Positions 62,514-64,000 of a DNA stretch of 64,000 nt are shown here, piece by piece (within the stretch, counting starts at the first letter, position 1; every line of letters begins with the position of its first letter). Made by a program: the position numbers and the translations under genes. Below the pieces are notes generated by a model. The model ran no database searches, was not told where the DNA came from, and was given only the letters and a program-made list of their open reading frames with translations. Source of the stretch: Eledone cirrhosa (lineage: Eukaryota); contig OZ024743.1 in the NCBI GenBank assembly GCA_964016885.1, forward strand, positions 285,758,001-285,822,000, read 5' to 3'.

Positions 62514-64000
62514 ATTTGTAAAAGGTTTCGCTAATATAGCTAGTATAAAATTACTCAAGGAAACAAACCCAGGCTGATATACTGAATCAATAACAATGAT
62601 TAACTTCAAGCTAGAGATTTAAATGAGATACCTGCACATTTGCAGCTGATCCAATTGATGATTCCTATAAAAAATCACCAATGCTACATTATCATTTTAT
62701 GTCTGCTTTCTATACTGGTATGAATTGGATGTTCAAAATCCTTTATTGGAATTACTGCCCTCCTAGACTTTACAGTAAAGTTCCACATGTTATAAGAAAC
62801 AGTCATCATCATCATCATTTAGCCTCCACTTTCCCTGCTAGTAAGGATTGGACAAGTCTTCACAGACCAACTATCAGTACTGAAGCAGGGCTACTGAACT
62901 CCCACACAGGCTGATGGTTTGCATCTCACACACGGTTCCATGTTCTACCAAAACATTTTTATCATGTACCAGCACTAGAGAGGTCATGTATTTGACGCAA
63001 TTGAAGATGCCCTTCTTATCACCAATCACTTTACAGCATGTACTAAGTGTGTTTATCATGTCGCCCTCTCTGCTCTGTAGGGGTTGGGGTGATAGGTATG
63101 AAATTATGGCAAGTATGGTGTTATTTGACTGGGTGATGAGTCACTATATGACTGAGTGTTTTAACTTAGTGTGCTTAATTCTAATTTTTTTATTTTGTAA
63201 AACACCACTAACCTTAGCAACACACTTTGAAAATAGAAAAATGTTGGAATCTTTCACTACTTTTATCTCCTGCATGCATCCTTAAGAAATCATCAGAATT
63301 GTAGCAGCTCTTTATTATCATTAATTAGTCAAATGAGAAGGGGCAGTAGCCATGGTCTTTTTTAAGCCATTCCAGGTTTATGAGAACAATGCAGTTCATA
63401 CTCAATTTGAACTACTTTAGGGAGAAATATTAATGGTGAGAGTACACTGAGGATGGGCAAAGATGGTATACAGATTGCTAGTTCAGATATGCTGAGGCCA
63501 TTGCTGTAGCAATAAAAGAAATATTGAAAGTATACAACATGTTGATCAACCAAATAGCTTTTTTGATGTGATTTATGATATTTGTGTGTGTAGTGACTGG
63601 GATATATCATTCCTACGGAATATTCTTTTTATTTTTGCCTTAGTTTTATCTTTAGAAATATAATACATGTTATGGGATAAACTCTGTAGACAAAGTCTAC
63701 TGATGGTTCTACTCCAAAGAATATGAAGTTATTTTTATAAGATACAAAAAGAATAAAGGTGTTATTTAAGATTCTGAAAATGTGGCAGGAGCAAGAGTGC
63801 ATTCCTCTTAGAGGGACATAACAAAATATGAAAGGCATTCGAAGTTCAATTCCTGCCTGGGTAAATTTTGATTTTTATCTATCTTGGGTTGAATTAAATT
63901 TCAGTTCTGCCGTTAATATAATCAATTCTCCCCTCTAAAAGGAGTATTGTGGTAGTCTCATCGGTTAGAAATTATTAAAATAGTTTTTTTATAGAATTTT

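Overview
AT-rich, repeat-dense animal genomic DNA. The repeat families, microsatellites and long introns look molluscan, most like an octopus (inference, not verified). The window is almost entirely one + strand classical Ras GTPase gene of the H/K/N-Ras type, about 185 aa, with a K-Ras4B-like polybasic tail ending CVLL. Its coding exons lie at 10447-10495, 20662-20690, 32430-32514 or 32570-32654, 50737-50839, 53005-53044, 58343-58503 and 59904-59963. The first coding exon (about MTEYKLVVVG) was not found and is probably upstream of the window. The standout feature is a tandem duplication of the 85-nt exon for residues 37-65, which covers the end of the effector region, the beta2-beta3 turn, DTAGQ and the start of switch II. 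The two copies are intact, 55 nt apart, differ mostly at synonymous sites and encode H40/S48/E49 versus Y40/G48/D49. This is the architecture of mutually exclusive splicing that would change the Ras effector interface. The introns hold RTE-type LINE fragments with an internal PHD-like finger, partner tRNA-derived SINEs, hAT, piggyBac-like and Tc1/mariner MITEs, a probable non-autonomous Helitron, an R4/Dong-like RLE fragment, a 5'-inverted LINE and Penelope-like ends with a decayed hammerhead motif. Apart from TE remnants and read-through of Ras exons, most short ORFs in the supplied track look spurious.
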